In this document: piece after piece, positions 25,271 through 26,332 of the stretch
Numbering within the stretch: position 1 is the stretch's first letter
Layout: each line of letters opens with the position of its first letter
IMG/VR virus record: IMGVR_UViG_3300037511_000238
Span: 1 to 26,332 of that record
Length of the DNA: 26,332 bases
Reading direction: 5' to 3' (one strand)
Origin: a virus
Lineage: Duplodnaviria; Caudoviricetes
Notes under the pieces: model-generated
The model's database searches: none
What the model was told of the DNA's origin: nothing
Seen by the model: the letters and a program-made list of their open reading frames with translations, nothing else
Translations under genes and position numbers: made by a program

Positions 25271-25927
25271 ATGCCTATTCTTTTTAATAGGACCCAAGAA
25301 GATTTAAGAAAAATATTTGGATTTGACGATAGCATTACGTTTAAGTGGGTTCATCCTGACAGGGTTCCAGAATCTGGATTTGCATTAAGAATAAAAGACA
25401 TAAAGAGTAAAAGAATAAAAGATGCCTTTCATAAAATACGAGAAGATGATGATTTTGTCATAGATGATAAATGGTTAATCCTGTATGCATTTACCGACTC
25501 AGAAATTAAAGAATTTAATTCAAAACAGAATATTTTTAATAAATTTATTGAAAACCTTTATGATAAAGAAACCTCAAGATTGTTCCAGGAGTCAAGACTA
25601 TTCAAAAACATTTATTCTAATTTTAGCTATGAAAATTTTGTTAATGAAAATAAGAAAGAAGACGAAACAATTGAAGATTTTCTAAAAAGATATGAACAGG
25701 AAACTATTCATCAAAGAACGCCTATAAATCTAGACTCTTATGATAATATGATTCTAGATACTGATCCTATTGGAAAGTTCGCTGACATTTATTTAAATGA
25801 AGAAGAGAAAGAATTATGTGAGTCTTTAGAAGTGTCAAAAGGAGCTTTTTTCATTGAAAGGTATAAATTCTTAAAACGTTTTTCTGAAAAATTTAAAGAT
25901 AAGGTTGAAAGGTCGTGTTTTTATTAA
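25271..25927 (+). CDS. Hypothetical protein with possible scaffold-like C-terminal motif
   Basis: GGAG RBS; 218 aa; see findings for the similarity to head-module genes. Confidence 0.65.
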   Translation: MPILFNRTQEDLRKIFGFDDSITFKWVHPDRVPESGFALRIKDIKSKRIKDAFHKIREDDDFVIDDKWLILYAFTDSEIKEFNSKQNIFNKFIENLYDKETSRLFQESRLFKNIYSNFSYENFVNENKKEDETIEDFLKRYEQETIHQRTPINLDSYDNMILDTDPIGKFADIYLNEEEKELCESLEVSKGAFFIERYKFLKRFSEKFKDKVERSCFY

Positions 25928-25944
25928 TATCATTATTCGTCTAG

Positions 25945-26301
25945 TCAGCTAAATTTTCCTATAGCAATTTCAAAAGCTTTAATCATAAAGTCTGAAAAAT
26001 CTTTTCTTTTATAAAAATCTTTTTTACTTTCTAAAATCTTATAAAAGATTAAGCCCATTACTTTTCCTATGTCTTTATCGGATTTATCTTCAAAATACTT
26101 TCTACAAATCTCATTCGTTAAATTAAGTATTTCTTCATTTTTCATACTCTTATCCTTAAACAAGAGCCATTTATCTACAGCATAAAAACAAATTCCTCTA
26201 TATCTAAATTTAATCCCATAAGATCCGCCCCAACTAACCTTTTCTCCAATATTTACTTTTATACCTTTTTCATTATTAACAAAAGGACCAATAGATACCA
26301 C
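25945..26301 (-). CDS. Hypothetical protein
   Basis: 118 aa ORF converging on 25271-25927. Confidence 0.5.
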   Translation of the reverse strand: MVSIGPFVNNEKGIKVNIGEKVSWGGSYGIKFRYRGICFYAVDKWLLFKDKSMKNEEILNLTNEICRKYFEDKSDKDIGKVMGLIFYKILESKKDFYKRKDFSDFMIKAFEIAIGKFS

Positions 26302-26332
26302 ATGCCCTGAAAAAAATCCCTCATTATGCTCT

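Noticed and set aside
14169-25685. ORFs 14169+, 16482-, 18397+, 19177+, 19720+ and 25485+
   Set aside because: They overlap better-supported genes on the opposite strand or in another frame.
1-26332. tRNA genes accompanying the RNA-repair enzymes
   Set aside because: No cloverleaf or T-loop consensus seen in the intergenic gaps; tRNAscan-SE would settle it.

Overview
AT-rich segment of a tailed dsDNA phage or prophage (genetic code 11). The left half (1-12320, minus strand) is a virion morphogenesis operon: portal, GroES-like co-chaperonin, scaffold, decoration protein, major capsid protein, two paralogous fibre-like proteins, a head-tail/tail-tube protein and a partial tail fibre. The right half is an accessory region. 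It carries an RNA-repair cluster (RlaP/NrdC.11-like nucleotidyltransferase, RtcB, T4 Rnl1-like ligase), an orphan HigA-like HTH gene, a DUF6745-like gene with its RQGDV partner, and two OmpA/Lom-like beta-barrel genes. The most unusual feature is two direct-orientation arrays (6 and 8 units) of translationally coupled 54-95 aa microprotein genes, mostly MES...(S-V-x-D/N)n...DSILEE. They are built from a 12-bp module with a hypervariable third codon, and each unit's 3' end encodes the ribosome-binding site of the next. The arrays share mosaic identical blocks, resemble the repeat insert I recall in DUF6745-like homologues, and flank the RNA-repair island. This is a candidate recombinase-free cassette diversification system. 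All family calls come from motif recognition; no database searches were run.
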